DNA of 63,921 nucleotides, the filler included, from Reticulomyxa filosa (taxonomy: Eukaryota > Protista > Foraminifera), in the NCBI GenBank assembly GCA_000512085.1. It is 13 parts of 13 records of this genome, joined end to end, with 100 filler letters (N's around TTAATTAATTAA, not from the genome) between each part and the next. Parts side by side here need not be neighbours in the genome. Positions count along the whole stretch, not along the records: positions 38,870 to 52,798 come from ASPP01021964.1; positions 52,899 to 53,898 come from ASPP01038306.1; positions 53,999 to 63,921 come from ASPP01028226.1; 10 more parts are not named here. One strand, written 5' to 3'. The notes beneath the pieces were generated by a model that was not told the DNA's origin, ran no database searches, and was given only the letters and a program-made list of their open reading frames with translations. A program made the position numbers and the translations under genes. Below are positions 50,375 to 62,755 of this stretch, in pieces (positions within the stretch are counted from its first letter, which is position 1; every line of letters starts with the position of its first letter).

Positions 50375-52798
50375 CTACATGTTATCCACCTTCACTCCTA
50401 ACATCTTCCTCTTCCACCATTTGCACGTCACCTTCCTCATTTTGGAATTCTTCGTCGGAAGAGCCTTCGAAAGCATTTTCTTCAAATGTGAAAACTGCAG
50501 AAGATGTGAACACACATCAAAATATATGGCTTTGTATAGTAGAATTTGAACAAGAGTGTGCATGTACATTACACACATATACACAGACACAAAATCAAAT
50601 CCTAGCATAATTGATACATAACACGAAGGAGTAGCTTCTTCCTCTTCTTCTTCTTGTTCTTGTTCTTCATCATTTTTTTCTTCGTCCTCGTTGGCTTGTT
50701 CATCGTTTCCATCGGGATTGTCACCGTCGCTTCGGCTGGTTTTGCTTCGGGAAAAGCCTTTGGGTTCGACACTGACACCATAGACCATGAGATCGCTACT
50801 TCCATCACTACTCTCCTCTTGTGTATCTTCGGGGGCCTTGGGCAGGTACCAATCGGGCAGTAACTCGACGGAATGTTTGGATTGTTGGTCTTCGACGTGA
50901 ATGATAGGCGGGGGCAATAGTCCTTTGTGTTTTGAATTCCGATTGCCCGAAGTGGCTACGCTGTTTTTCTTTGGCTCTCGATTCTGTGGTTTTGGAATGG
51001 GGCGATTTGCACTCGGAGGCGCGCTTTTTTCGCGTTTGACAGAGATCTCATCACAATCCGCACTTTTGTTGGCAACGAGCCTATTCGGAATGGGATTGTC
51101 TTTGTTGACTTTGGATTTCATCATCGATGCACCGGTGAATGGAACCACCGATGGAATGCCCTTTTGATTGTTGTTTGTGATACTCGAAGTCTCGAGATTA
51201 GTCGTTTTGCTTTTGATCAACTTTTTGTCATTCATTCGAATCGTAAACGTCTTTGATTTGAATATGTGTTCCTTGCCTTTGTTGTACACCGTACTTTTTC
51301 CTTTCTCATAGCAGCGAATGCAAAGCACCAAATATGGAGCGTCTTCCTTCGTATTATTATTGTTGTTCGAGTTGTTCGAGGTGTTGTTATGCTTTTGAAA
51401 ATAACTCGACACTAAATTCTTTGGCAAAGTGATTTGCAGTTTATTGGTTGCCAAAATATTGTTCATATGCAATCCGTCGATCCACTTCTTGTGGCTCTTC
51501 ACCTCCATTACGTCAATTAGCGCTTTTTTATCAAAGAGCTCCGGATCATTCAATACATATTCGAATTCTAAATCGCATTTATTGCTGTAATTGCTATTGC
51601 TATTGCTATTGCCATTGCTCAACGTATCAGCACTATTGTTATTGTCATTTTCATTATCGTTATTGTTTGTACTCGTAATCGCGTTTGGGGTTGTGTTGCT
51701 ATGATTATTGCCGCTGTGATCACCAGAATTAATCATACGTCTTTGATCAAAATTGAACACATATTTGTCACGATTTGGTTTTTTAAATATTAACAACGGC
51801 TTTTTTTTTTTAGAATTCACATTGGCATTGCTACTGCTATTTGAATTGATTTGTAAACTGTTGGCAGGAGGCATACTATTGGCAATGTCATTTTTTTCGC
51901 TTTATCCAAACCGGCAGTCGATTTTGCGAGAGTGATTTTGGTATTGTTTGTTGCTTTTTTTGAGCTGCCCTTTTGTGTTTGCGTTTGCGTTTGTTGTGTA
52001 TTCTTTTTTGTTTTCGTTGCTTGTTTATTTGCACTCAAGTTCGCATTGCCATTATTTTTGCTTTGTCCTTTTTCTTTGATTTTCCCTTTTTCTTTTTCTT
52101 TTCCTTTTCCTTTTTCTTTTTCCTTGTCTTTATCTTTTCCTTTTTCTTTTGTGTTGTCTTTGTCTTTGTCCTTTCCTTTGCCTTTGCTTGCTTTGTCACC
52201 TCCCGCACCCGCACTTCCGCCGCGAACTTCATTTCCATCTCCACCTCCACCCCCACTTCCGCCTTCGTCCTTCACTTTCTTTTCTTTCTTCAACTGCTTC
52301 GCGATGCCCGGCTTTAGGATTATACTGTCAGTGTCAACATGTCGACCTTTTCGTCTGTGTGAAGTGAACACATCACAGACCCTAATTGCGAATTGCACAA
52401 AGTAACACAGGTCTCTGTTAGGACCAAACAAACACACTTGGCTCGAGTGGCTGTGTCCACTGTTTGGCTGCGCGGACGACTGACCAAAGGTGCGCCGGCC
52501 TCTTTTATATCATCGACTGTTGGATCTGATATTGATTTTGGATGGCCTTCGTCGATCGGGGGTGCACTGTTGTTGTTGACAGTATTGTTGATGTTATTGA
52601 TATCATTAATGTTGTTGTCATTGTTATTCGCATTGTCCTGCACTTGTTTATGATGCAAATCCACTAATTGGTAATACTGCTGTTTGTAACCATCGGCCAT
52701 TAGTTTATATTGCGCGACCTCCGCCCACCGTGGGTTTTTTTCTTCCAATATTTGTTGGAACGTTGATTCTGTTTGTTTTGTTGAATCATTTTTTTTTT
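50375..52798 (-). CDS. Hypothetical low-complexity protein (coiled coil, K/E/D- and N-rich tracts), 5'-truncated
   Basis: Three overlapping long ORFs (52748-52320, 52437-51817, 51874-50375) needing introns or frameshifts; no family recognised. Confidence 0.55.
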
Positions 52799-52898
52799 NN
52801 NNNNNNNNNNNNNNNNNNNNNNNNNNNNNNNNNNNNNNNNNNTTAATTAATTAANNNNNNNNNNNNNNNNNNNNNNNNNNNNNNNNNNNNNNNNNNNN
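52799..52898. other. Artificial contig spacer
   Basis: N44-TTAATTAATTAA-N44. Confidence 0.98.
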
Positions 52899-53252
52899 CC
52901 TAAACTATTTATCATTAACACCTGTCGTGGCGAATCGCGCTCAGACGGCAGAAAAAATGTCATAACCCGAGGACTGACATCCAAGCACAATGATACTAAC
53001 TTTGTCATGCTATGGTCGACAACGAATGGATATAAGGTCGACGATACTTCATATTTTAGTAAAGTTGTGAAAGATACTATTATTTCAAACTATAAGGATC
53101 ATTCTTTACAACATATGTTGCAAAAAATCCGAGCAGATCTTCAGGAGCATGTTGAATGTTTCTGCCCGGAATGCGAAACTATTACTTACGACATTTTCTT
53201 TGAAGCTAAAAAAATAGAAAAACCAAAATCATTTGCACCCTTTTCATCGTAA
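52899..53252 (+). CDS. Caspase-like (C14) protease, C-terminal fragment
   Basis: Open from the contig start: PKLFIINTCRG (catalytic Cys motif), then small-subunit-like FVMLWSTTNGY...SYFS; in frame with ORF 53007-53252. Confidence 0.8.
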   Translation, partial: PKLFIINTCRGESRSDGRKNVITRGLTSKHNDTNFVMLWSTTNGYKVDDTSYFSKVVKDTIISNYKDHSLQHMLQKIRADLQEHVECFCPECETITYDIFFEAKKIEKPKSFAPFSS

Positions 53253-53683
53253 TTTTGTTTGTTTTTCTTGTGGTCGTTTGGTTATTATATGTTATTTCAC
53301 TTCCAAATCTCCAACAGGTTGAATTGGAGATATGGACTTTGTTGTTAATTTGTTGCTGTTTCTCTTATTCTTTTTCGATAGGCAAGCAACTCTTAAACAT
53401 TAAACAAAATTGAGAGTTTAAAGGATACTTAAACATTTCTTAAATCCAAAAAATGCTGTGTTTATTTTATTTTTAATTTTTGCGGGATGAACTGACTAAA
53501 AAAAGTTTCGTAACAGTTGGCTGCTCAACATTCAAGATTGTGCTTGCATTCTCTTTGCTTGTAGAGAAAAAAAAGTTGAATCCAAAAACTGATCAAAATA
53601 CAACAAAATTGGGTCACAAACATTGAAGATGAGCTTCCACAAGTGCTCACACTTGTAACACACAGCAAAGAGCGCTATATTGT

Positions 53684-53898
53684 TTACAAACCAAAAAGAC
53701 CTTTTTTCTTTTTTTGGGTAGACTGATTTCCAGTAGTGTGAGCCGGATCGTCCAGCTTGATTTCTTTAACCCCAACCCAGATATTTTCAACTTCAATAGT
53801 AACCTGAATTTCTCCTTTTTTGTTTCCGAAAGTATTGTATTCTTTATCATACAACGGAAGCCATTTTTGGTGGATATTTTCCTGGTTTATGTCCACTT
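53684..53898 (-). CDS. C-terminal fragment of a C2-domain protein
   Basis: KWLPLYDK...KKGEIQVTIEV matches the final C2 strands; basic-hydrophobic tail KKKKGLFGL. Confidence 0.5.
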
Positions 53899-53998
53899 NN
53901 NNNNNNNNNNNNNNNNNNNNNNNNNNNNNNNNNNNNNNNNNNTTAATTAATTAANNNNNNNNNNNNNNNNNNNNNNNNNNNNNNNNNNNNNNNNNNNN
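53899..53998. other. Artificial contig spacer
   Basis: N44-TTAATTAATTAA-N44. Confidence 0.98.
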
Positions 53999-55013
53999 TA
54001 TTATTGGAGTGATAATTGGATTGATTGTAAATTTGGATTTGTTTGTGCCCATTGTGTGGCCTTAAATAATGAATTGCAAATTTGTAACGGCCAACTTCGA
54101 GATAAATGACTTGGGCAATCGGACAAACATTGAATGGCGTGATCATAGTCGTAACGCCAGCCCAAGACTCCAAACTTCTCCAATACAATTAAAAAAGGGG
54201 GTTTTGACTACCCAACCGCACAACTTTGAGAAAAAAGAAATTTGTAAATTTTTTAGAATGTCAATTGGTCAATTGGTCAATTGATGTTTTATTTTTGTGA
54301 ATATTTGCTATTTTTTTTTTAACATTGAGAAGAGATTTGACAATGAACCATTAAAGTTTTATCCTTTTATGAAGGACAACTTACTCTTTTTCTTTCTTCA
54401 ATGAGATTAAAGTGTCAAAACTTGGGGAAATAAAAATAGAGCCTTTTTAAATCACTCTAATGTCCTAACAGCCTTTTTTCTCTCTTTTTGATTAGTAACA
54501 TAGGTGCACCAGACAAAGCAAAACACTTTTTGAAAATGTTTTGCCAAAAAGTAAAAAGGAATTAGCCAATGCACCATGAAGCAGTCTTTGTGTTCATAAA
54601 AAAAAAAAAGAGTTTTAAGTTTACATATATGTGTACATGTTACGATATGCATCAACATAATGTACATAAATCAATATAATTACCAAAATAATCTAATCCA
54701 CATGCTTTTAGCAAAGCTTTTTTAAATAGTAGAAAGTTGGAAAAACTCAACTCATAAAAAAAAGATGAGTTGTACGAATTGACAAACACATATATTAATT
54801 TTGTAAATTCAAAGTGATGATGAATACTTTTGGAATATGATAACAATTTTGAGCTATGGGTATTTCAGAACAGTACTGAAATTTGAAGAAAAATTAAAAA
54901 ATCGGTTATTGAAAGTACGAACATAAAAAAATAATTTCTGAAAACGTGAACTGTGTGTAGTGTTATATCCTCCGAAGAGAGAAGGAGTGAGAAAGTTTCA
55001 TTTTCTTTTTAAA

Positions 55014-55643
55014 TCAAATATTGTTATTTTTCTCTTTTTCATCAGTAGTGATCACCTCATCAATGATCTCTCCACAATCTTGGATGACAACTCTGGCAGT
55101 TGGTGTGCCAACTTTCGACCCATATTGTTCAATTTGTTTAACAATATTCATTCCTTCAATAACCTTCCCGAAAACAACATGTTTTCCATTGAGGAACGGA
55201 CACGGTCCCAAAGTAATGAAAAATTGGGAACCATTTGTGTTTTCTCCTCGATTGCACATTGATACATATCCTTCATTACAATGACTAAGAGCAAAGTTTT
55301 CATCTGGAAATACCCTTGTTTTCATATCTTTTGCAAACACACACTCTCCTCCTTTTCCATCATTGCATATAAAATCACCTCCTTGCGCAACAAAATTTGG
55401 AACAATACGATGGAAAATTGACCCTTTGTAATGAAGTTTCACCTTACTTCCAGACTCACTTATTCCTTTTTCACCAGTACAAAGACATTTAAAGTTGTAC
55501 ACAGTCCGAGGAACTGTTTCTCCAAATAAACCTATGATGATACGTCCAATTGCTTTCGAGTCAATTGATACATCCAAATAAACTTTATGGGTTATCTTTT
55601 CAAGTTTGTTATGATTACGTCTGCTTTGTGGGCCTATCGTCAC
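55014..55643 (-). CDS. Cyclophilin-type peptidyl-prolyl isomerase
   Basis: ITHKVYLDV...GLFGETVPRTVYNF...YKGSIFHRIVPNFVAQGGDF...FPDENF...NGSQFFIT...LNGKHVVFGKV; hydrophobic leader probably from ATG 55763 (junction unresolved). Confidence 0.95.
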   Translation of the reverse strand: MTIGPQSRRNHNKLEKITHKVYLDVSIDSKAIGRIIIGLFGETVPRTVYNFKCLCTGEKGISESGSKVKLHYKGSIFHRIVPNFVAQGGDFICNDGKGGECVFAKDMKTRVFPDENFALSHCNEGYVSMCNRGENTNGSQFFITLGPCPFLNGKHVVFGKVIEGMNIVKQIEQYGSKVGTPTARVVIQDCGEIIDEVITTDEKEKNNNI

Positions 55644-56235
55644 CCGTTTTTCTTAAGTGTCTGTCTGACGGTTCACACATGTCGGACAGGTTACCTAGTA
55701 GTACAAATAGCACGGAGCTAAAATAAATGTTACTGCTCCAGATAAAAATAGAGTCTTGCTCATATGTTAACGTGAAATATTAAAGATCAAAGCCAATTGA
55801 ATTTTATATATTTCGAAAATCCTTGAGGACCCGAAAAACAAGACAGGAAAAAAGGAAGAAATCAACAACTTCTGTTAGCTGCATGCACTTTCCTTTCATT
55901 GTGTTGACATAGCGCAAACAAGTCCAGTTATTAATTTTTTTGGGTATTTATTTAAATTCGGTATTTGTCATTGAAATTAAAATTGATACAGAGCCACAAT
56001 CATTACTATTTATTCAGTAGCTTTTTTTGAATTCAAATTGTTGATTTATTATTCACTTTTTAAATTTTTAACAATTGTGTTTGTGAAACTTCTTCTTTCT
56101 TTTTAAGATTAAATGTGATCAATACATAAAATCAAAAGAGTGCAACATAAAATTTATAACATTTCAAAAGAGAAAGCGTAAGATACAATTATATTAATAA
56201 ATTACACAAAGTGTATTCTACTTGATACAATTGTA

Positions 56236-57546
56236 GCAAGGTATATAGAGGTTGCATGTTGCGACATACTTTGGATGAGTACACCAAGGGTGAGGAACTG
56301 AAGGGGCTCATACAGAAATGCGTTAAAAGCACTATTTTTTAGTTAAATTTGTTGTGGTATTTTAAGGAAAAATGTTCCGCGGAAAAAGTAAAGAAGAAGG
56401 AAACAAAAATAAAGAAGAAAGCAAAGAAAATGAGCCCCACAGAAAGGAAAGTGGTGGAACGTCATGGATGGGAACCTCGGGCATGCTATGACTGCGGTAG
56501 TGACAACAGTTGTGAATGAGGCAGACACAAAGATTTTGCCATACTGGACAACACTGGCACGTATAACTCACGGTGATCCCGAGGAATTCGAAAGATGTTG
56601 TCGTTTGTGTGATGGTATTGACAAGATATTGAAAGCCGATCCACACAAGGTTCAAGCCAAGCAACCTCAGACCACTTGGGAAGAGCTTTCTGCTGCTGCG
56701 GAACTATGTCAGCCAAAGCTCATCGAAAGCGCTGAATTATTGTGCAGTTTCGAGTGTGAGCTTGTTGTATGTGTGAGTGAACGTAGTATTATAAATTTTT
56801 TTTTTTGCAGCGCTTTTTTTTAAGTTACGAGGGGTTAAAAATATTTTTTTTTTTTTTGCAGAATTAATCCAGAAACATCGTCCAGAAGCGAATCCGGAAG
56901 TGATTAAACCCCCTACAAAAAAAAAATCGAGCTACGGAAAAATGCAACGTTGATTATGGTGGGGACTGGACACAGATGAAGGATGTTTCCCGAAGTGCCA
57001 TTATTCACGACCAATTTTCAGATTGTGCGGTGATATTGTCTGTTTTGTTTGAACAATTGAAACACGAGGTTAAGGATGCTCCTCAAATCCCATTCAATGT
57101 GGTTCGTATTAAAAACAGATATGACGAACTCACCAGTCATGGCTGGGGTGATATTCACTTGGTCAGTTATTTCATTCAAAAAAAAAAAATCAAAAAAAAA
57201 AAGAGAAACAAAAAAAACGTATAACATTAACGGTTGCTTTTGTTTGTAGTTACTTTGTGCAAAGATCCCAGTGGATGATAATAAACAGTTGGTCCACATT
57301 TGCGAGTTGCAAATAATTCATCGTAAAATGTGGGACAAACGTGACAGTGGCATGTTTGGACATAAATACTATGAAGTGGATCGCACTATACGTGCTAAAC
57401 TCCATGAAGGTAGTGATGTGATCGGACAAGCGAAAACAGTCGATACAATTCTTGATTCGACTGACCATGTAAAAACCGAAGTAGCCAAGGCGGTATTTGT
57501 TAAAAGAGTGAGCTTACACGAAAATGAAAAGAAGGAGGGAGCGTGA
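56236..57546 (+). CDS. RelA/SpoT-like nucleotidyltransferase-domain protein (multi-exon; 5' end uncertain)
   Basis: K...RATEKCNVDYGGDWTQMKDVSRS...VVRIKNRY...GWGDIHL|...HICELQIIH...GHKYYEVDR; introns at about 56760-56861 and 57162-57250; frameshift in the A-run near 56920. Confidence 0.7.
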
Positions 57547-58095
57547 TTTGTAAATTACCTTTTCGTCTTTTTCTCTTTTTGTTTTTGGCTTTACATTTTG
57601 TGTTGTATGTGTAAAAAAAGAATGTAGCGCATTTTGTGACCAAAAAACTTTGTCTGTGGACATGTGTTTGTGTCTTTTATTCTTATTGCTTTACTTATTG
57701 AAGACACTACGAATAAAGTTTTAAACATCAAATTCAATCACAATAATTCGTATCTGTCTTTTAACATGCACGAGCAAAATTTTTTTAAAGCGCTTTTTAC
57801 AATAGGCTGCCAAAATCACCGTGGATGCAGTATCAAAGTTTTTTTTGAATGAATTGGAGGGTGTTGTTCTTCCGAACTGTTGCTCAAGCTAAACATTTTT
57901 TGGAACGTTCTGAGAACAATGTTTTTTGATGGTGTGAAATTATCAAAAAATGTAAATGATTCCAAGAAGTTAAATGAACTGCAACAAAACAAAAACCCCA
58001 GAGAAAAACCATTTTCTTCTGATGAAAAATGTTCTTTCGCCCACAATTAATTTTTTAAAAAACAAAAAATGGAAAAACAACGCTTCTCTATCAAT

Positions 58096-59309
58096 TTAAT
58101 GTGTTGGTTTGAAATGTTCATCGTCAATGGTTGAATACAATTGACCATCTTCGGATAATCTTTGAATGGCTTCTTTGATTTCATTCAAATTATATTGTGA
58201 CAAAGCCTTGAACACATCATTGATATGACAACCCCCGTCACTCGCCAGAAATGTAGGGTTTTTCACAACAGTGATTATTCTCTTTTCTAAATCAGTCATT
58301 TCAGTATCTTCCTAAACAATTAACAAACAGGCAAAATAAAGAAACCGGATTTTTACATATTGTTTTGTTTAAAAAAACGAAACATCTACATCTCCAGTGT
58401 TGATATTTGATCCAGTCAAATGAGTACTTGCACTTGCATGAAGGACACTGGGCCCACTCGAGCCAATGCCATAGGAATCATTCAAAGGTCTTCCTGAAGG
58501 ATTAGCCAAACTTCTCATAGTGCTGCCACCATCACGCTTCAAAGGGGTGGTATTTGTGTTCGTCTTTGCAATGGAAGTTATCCGTTTGTTATTGTTGTTG
58601 ATATTCATCAAATGAGCATATAATGCTTCCACTAAATGCAGTGTTATTTCATTCGAGTCTTGGATTATATCCAAATGATAACATGTCACACTGCGAGTGC
58701 CGCGATATAACTGTGGTCGCCCAAATACTTTTATATATGTTCCTTTTCTTTATTTGTTTATTTTAAGCTAAAACGTTTCAAAGTTTTGATCACACAGCAA
58801 AAAAAAAATGTTGCTAACGCATTCATTTAACAAAACTGCAAATTCTTAAGTTTTTCCACGTCAGCAACACGGCCTTCTTCACTTGTCCAAATTTTCACAG
58901 CAATTTCATCGGTGCCATCGCTGAGAGTAACTGCTGTGTTTGTCGACTGCACTTCCACATGCGTGATTGCGCCTACAATTGTCACCTAAAGATCAGTCAA
59001 ATTTTTGAGACAAATTTAAACAAGTTAAAAAAAACAATGCAATTTGTCAACGAGTAAGTATAAGAGGTTGTGTATTCGTCTCTTAACATTAAACGAATCT
59101 CGTCCATCGATTGTGAAAGGTGCATCAGGTTCCTCATGAGCCGTTGTAATTTGTTTGATGGTGACCGGAATCAACGAGGATTCGCCGACTAAACGGCCGG
59201 GTTTTGTTGTTGAAGAATTATTGGTTTGACTGCCAATTCCAGGAGAGTTCAGGAAACCACCCATTTGACTTCCTGAAAAATCTCGTTGATCATAATTACC
59301 ACCTAACAT
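58096..59309 (-). CDS. RPA2: Replication protein A 32-kDa subunit
   Basis: GGF N-terminus, SLIPVTIKQI, VTIVG...LSDGT OB fold, NEITLHLVEALYAHL, winged-helix end LSEDGQLYSTIDDEHFK; 4 exons. Confidence 0.93.
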
Positions 59310-59889
59310 ACTTTTTCTCTGTGTAATCAAAAGGAAGAAATTTATGCAAAAAGGTTAAATCGTTGTTTTGTGAAGGAAATTACAATTAAAAAAGGAATTA
59401 CTCGGTTCCGTTCTTTTCACTTTTGGTAGAACCAGACAAAAACAGAAGCACAACCATTTTTATCTCTTTTGAGAACAAGTAAAAATCCTAAAAAACCATT
59501 TTCTGAACAGAGAAATACAATGTTTAATGTAGATTCTGGTGAATGTACACTTTATATTTCACGGTTTGTCCAAAATAAAAATTTTTTGAAAAGAAACCAG
59601 ATTACATCACCAATAAGAGCACAGCATCTTAAAAAAGCCATTAATACGTTTGTATGAAAAAGCCAACGAGCTGTAAAGGGATTTTCAAAAACTCCTTACT
59701 TCTTCTTTCAGCAACCTTTACTCCTTTTTCAGTACTACAGTGGCAGTACAAACGAACACCCAAAAATGAAAAAAAGAAGTTCAATATAAACTAGTCCCAA
59801 TGTGTTAATAAAACGTAAAAAACTCGGTTCTAGTACGAGAAGTGAAACATGTGTTTGTAAAAAGTTTTAGTGCGATACATAACAATAAA

Positions 59890-60150
59890 TTACCTCTTTT
59901 TAAACTATACTAATGCAATTAGTGTAGGCAAATCCTTACTGTAGATGACGGGACTCTAAAGGGCCTGAGCCCCCAATGGGTTAAACTCCTTCACAACCCT
60001 TTCCACTTCTTTTGTTGCTTTCTTTTCTTGTTGTTAATTATTCTCTATTTAACTCATTTTTGTTTTATTGGAAACTGCTCTCAATGAAAGCATCTGTCGT
60101 ATTACACTTACAACTTCTGTATCTGAAACAACCAATTTTCAACGAAAAAA
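59890..60150 (-). mobile_element. 3' end relic of the LINE-like family
   Basis: Reverse complement AAGTGTAATACGA...GAGAGCAGTTTCCAATAAAACAAA...GTTGTGAAGGAGTTTAACCCA...GATTTGCCTACA is collinear with 40925-41150. Confidence 0.6.
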
Positions 60151-60483
60151 TATTTAACATAATTTTTTTGCAAATTTTTTGTTTATTTTAATTTATTGCT
60201 TTTTTTCGTTGTGCTTGTGAGGCAAACAGGAAAAAAAAAGAAAAAGCAATAATAGTCGCACTTAATTCAATTTTATTGTATTACAATTATGTACAAAAAC
60301 AAAACTCAAGACAAAGCAAAAGAACGTCTTAATTACTTGTTCTCGATGTTTTATTTTACATAAATTATACAAAGCAGCCTGTTTTTTACTTCATTAGTCA
60401 AATGGATTGTGTTCACTTGTTTGTTCTCTTGTGGGGTTGCTTCTGTCAGAAAAAGTGTTCAATAACCTTAAAAAAAAGATAAT

Positions 60484-61098
60484 ATGGGGTCAAATTTTTT
60501 GGTATTATTATTTGGTGTTCCTGCGGTTTATTTAACGGGTTTTATTATTGCTGCGTTCCTCCATACGACGAGATTCGCAGATTATGGAATAAAAGAAACT
60601 TTAAAGTTACTGGCTGTTCCTTCGGACCGCTTTTGCGTACTGATCCTGTTGGTGGGCATGTTCATTTGGTGGAGTTCAGGTGCGCTGTCAGGCTTTGTGA
60701 TTGCCTTTACACGTAAGAACGGATTTGACAACGCTAACCCCCGTGCAATGGAAGAAAGAAAAAAAGGAGTATCTGGACGCCTATCAGCGGCTCACGAAAA
60801 TTCATTAGAGCAATTTGTATTTTTCTCAGTGGCAATCTTATTGTCCATCCAGTTCGGGGTGCCTTATGATATTATCAACTCGTATTGTGTCATTTGGATT
60901 ATCGCGCGTTTTCTATTTGTCTTTGTTTATGTTGTTAACATAGACATACTCCGATCAATTATCTTCGCCGTGTCCTTCGCTTGTTCGGCACTGTTACTTT
61001 TTTCTGCCCTAAAAGGAGGGGATGTGGCTGACGAAAATCTGAAGTTCATTATTTCATTAGGGGCTGGTCGGTTACCTCGTGATAAACCTGACTTATAG
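60484..61098 (+). CDS. MAPEG-family membrane protein
   Basis: DNANPR...RLSAAHENSLEQF.FF..AIL...WIIARFLF...LRSIIF; four core TM helices plus an N-terminal hydrophobic extension; intronless. Confidence 0.85.
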   Translation: MGSNFLVLLFGVPAVYLTGFIIAAFLHTTRFADYGIKETLKLLAVPSDRFCVLILLVGMFIWWSSGALSGFVIAFTRKNGFDNANPRAMEERKKGVSGRLSAAHENSLEQFVFFSVAILLSIQFGVPYDIINSYCVIWIIARFLFVFVYVVNIDILRSIIFAVSFACSALLLFSALKGGDVADENLKFIISLGAGRLPRDKPDL

Positions 61099-61418
61099 AG
61101 TAAAACTTGAATCTTTTGATTTTTCTTTTTTTAAAAAAAAGAGCGTATTGGATTTTTGTTAATAAGTAATTATTTATTTTTTGTAAAGACTTTAGAATTG
61201 CTGGATTTCTTTAAAAAGTTTAAAATTTAAAAAGCTTTTTTAAATTGGAATTGGCAAAGTTTTCAAACAAAAATAAGAGTTTGATGGTTACTTTATGATT
61301 TTGAATATGTTATACCTTGTGAATACCTCCATATGTTGCATTACGAGATCAAAATCGTTGTGTTTTTTTTATTTGGTGGATTTCAAAGACCAAAAAAAAA
61401 ATTTGACAAATTGGTTTT

Positions 61419-62083
61419 TTAATGTGAAACAGAACCCAAGGATTTTTCGATGATATCATAAGTTTCATATTCAATTTCAGCTTCGTATTTTTCTTTATCA
61501 TTTGTGGCTTGAGTCATTCTTTGCTGAGCCTTTGCCAACCCATCTTTAACGTTCTGGATACAATCAAGCAAAAATATATGCATATGTCAAGACGTTTTTT
61601 TTTTGATTTTTTTTTTGGTAATAAAAAAGTTCAGTCCAAACAAACATTTATGTCAATATCACTCAATAAAACAGCTTCGGTGGCAGCGATTTCACATGAA
61701 GCATTGGAATGAATGACACAAAATCCACCAGCGACAAACCAATGATCTTGCTTTCCAGACGCTTCTGTCCTTTCGTGATACACACTAACAATGCCAGGCT
61801 GCATTTCGCAAACCACAGGTATATGGCCAGGACTCACTGCAAATCTGCCGTCACTTCCTGGTATTGCCACAGTTCTTACTGGGGCATCTTGGTATAACTC
61901 TTTGTGAGGACACGCAAATGTGAACCGGAAAAACTCGGGGGTTTCCCCTTCTGCCTGTGGTAATTCCTTCACTTTCAGATCGGAAGTGGCACCTGCTTCT
62001 CCTGCAAAACCACGCTTATTGAAACGAGCAACATTTAACAATGCTCTGCGGCTTCCATTCAGACCCAATCTACACAACATCAT
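61419..62083 (-). CDS. ATP5F1D: Mitochondrial ATP synthase F1 subunit delta
   Basis: Presequence, then FTFACPH...VAIPGSDGRFAVSPGHIP...MQPGIV...WFVAGGF...EAVLLSDID; second exon 61553-61419 gives the helical hairpin. Confidence 0.93.
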
Positions 62084-62755
62084 CCTTCTTCAAGATGGAA
62101 CTCTGTCCGTTTTCCTCTTTTAGAATTAAACTTTGAAAAAATTCCCGAACTTTTCCCAGAGGTGGTCCCTTGTTGTCCTTCAAAAACACTTAAAAGAAAG
62201 CAGCATTTTCGATTTTCTTCGCCATTAAGACAATTTTCATTTACATCTTTTGTCTGAAAAAGCTTTTGAACTGCTCGACAACTACGTTCTTGTAAATTAA
62301 AAGATTGGACCATTTACAAGACAGCACAATAATCCAAATTTTAAATACAGCTGATTTTGTGTACTTTTATCTTTGGCTATTTTGTGTGAAAAAGATGAAA
62401 TATGTGTTATTTACTTCTTTTATTACACTTTAAAAATACTAAATCAAGAAAATATAGTATAAGTTGACAAATTAACATTTGAAAGTTGCCGTTTGCTCAA
62501 TTTGTTTGGCAACAGTGACAATCTTTTTTCTTAGTGCCATCCGTTTCAGTGTTAAGAGTAACAATAATTTTGTTAAACGTGAGAAGGAAGAAAAAAAATG
62601 TTTTGGGGCAGAGTTTTTGAATGGATCAAAAAATTTTTTGTTCGAGATTGGCGTTTTACTTTAATGTTTAAAGCAAATATATTCAAATATCAAATCAACT
62701 ATTTTCGATTGGATAACCCCATTTCCCCAAAGTAATGATGTAATTTTTATTTACA

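Noticed and set aside
3608-53998. Twelve regularly recurring TTAATTAATTAA palindromes as a biological repeat or CRISPR-like array
   Set aside because: Always centred in exactly 44+44 Ns; a six-frame-stop linker used to concatenate contigs
55643-55763. Stop-codon readthrough or reassignment: ATG 55763 is in frame with the cyclophilin across a TAG and a TAA
   Set aside because: TAA and TAG end well-conserved genes elsewhere in the window; an unresolved intron or indel is more likely
6335-57546. A physical immune gene cluster (caspases, aegerolysin-IRG, LRR-channel, RelA/SpoT-like)
   Set aside because: The genes lie on different contigs; their order in the window is artificial
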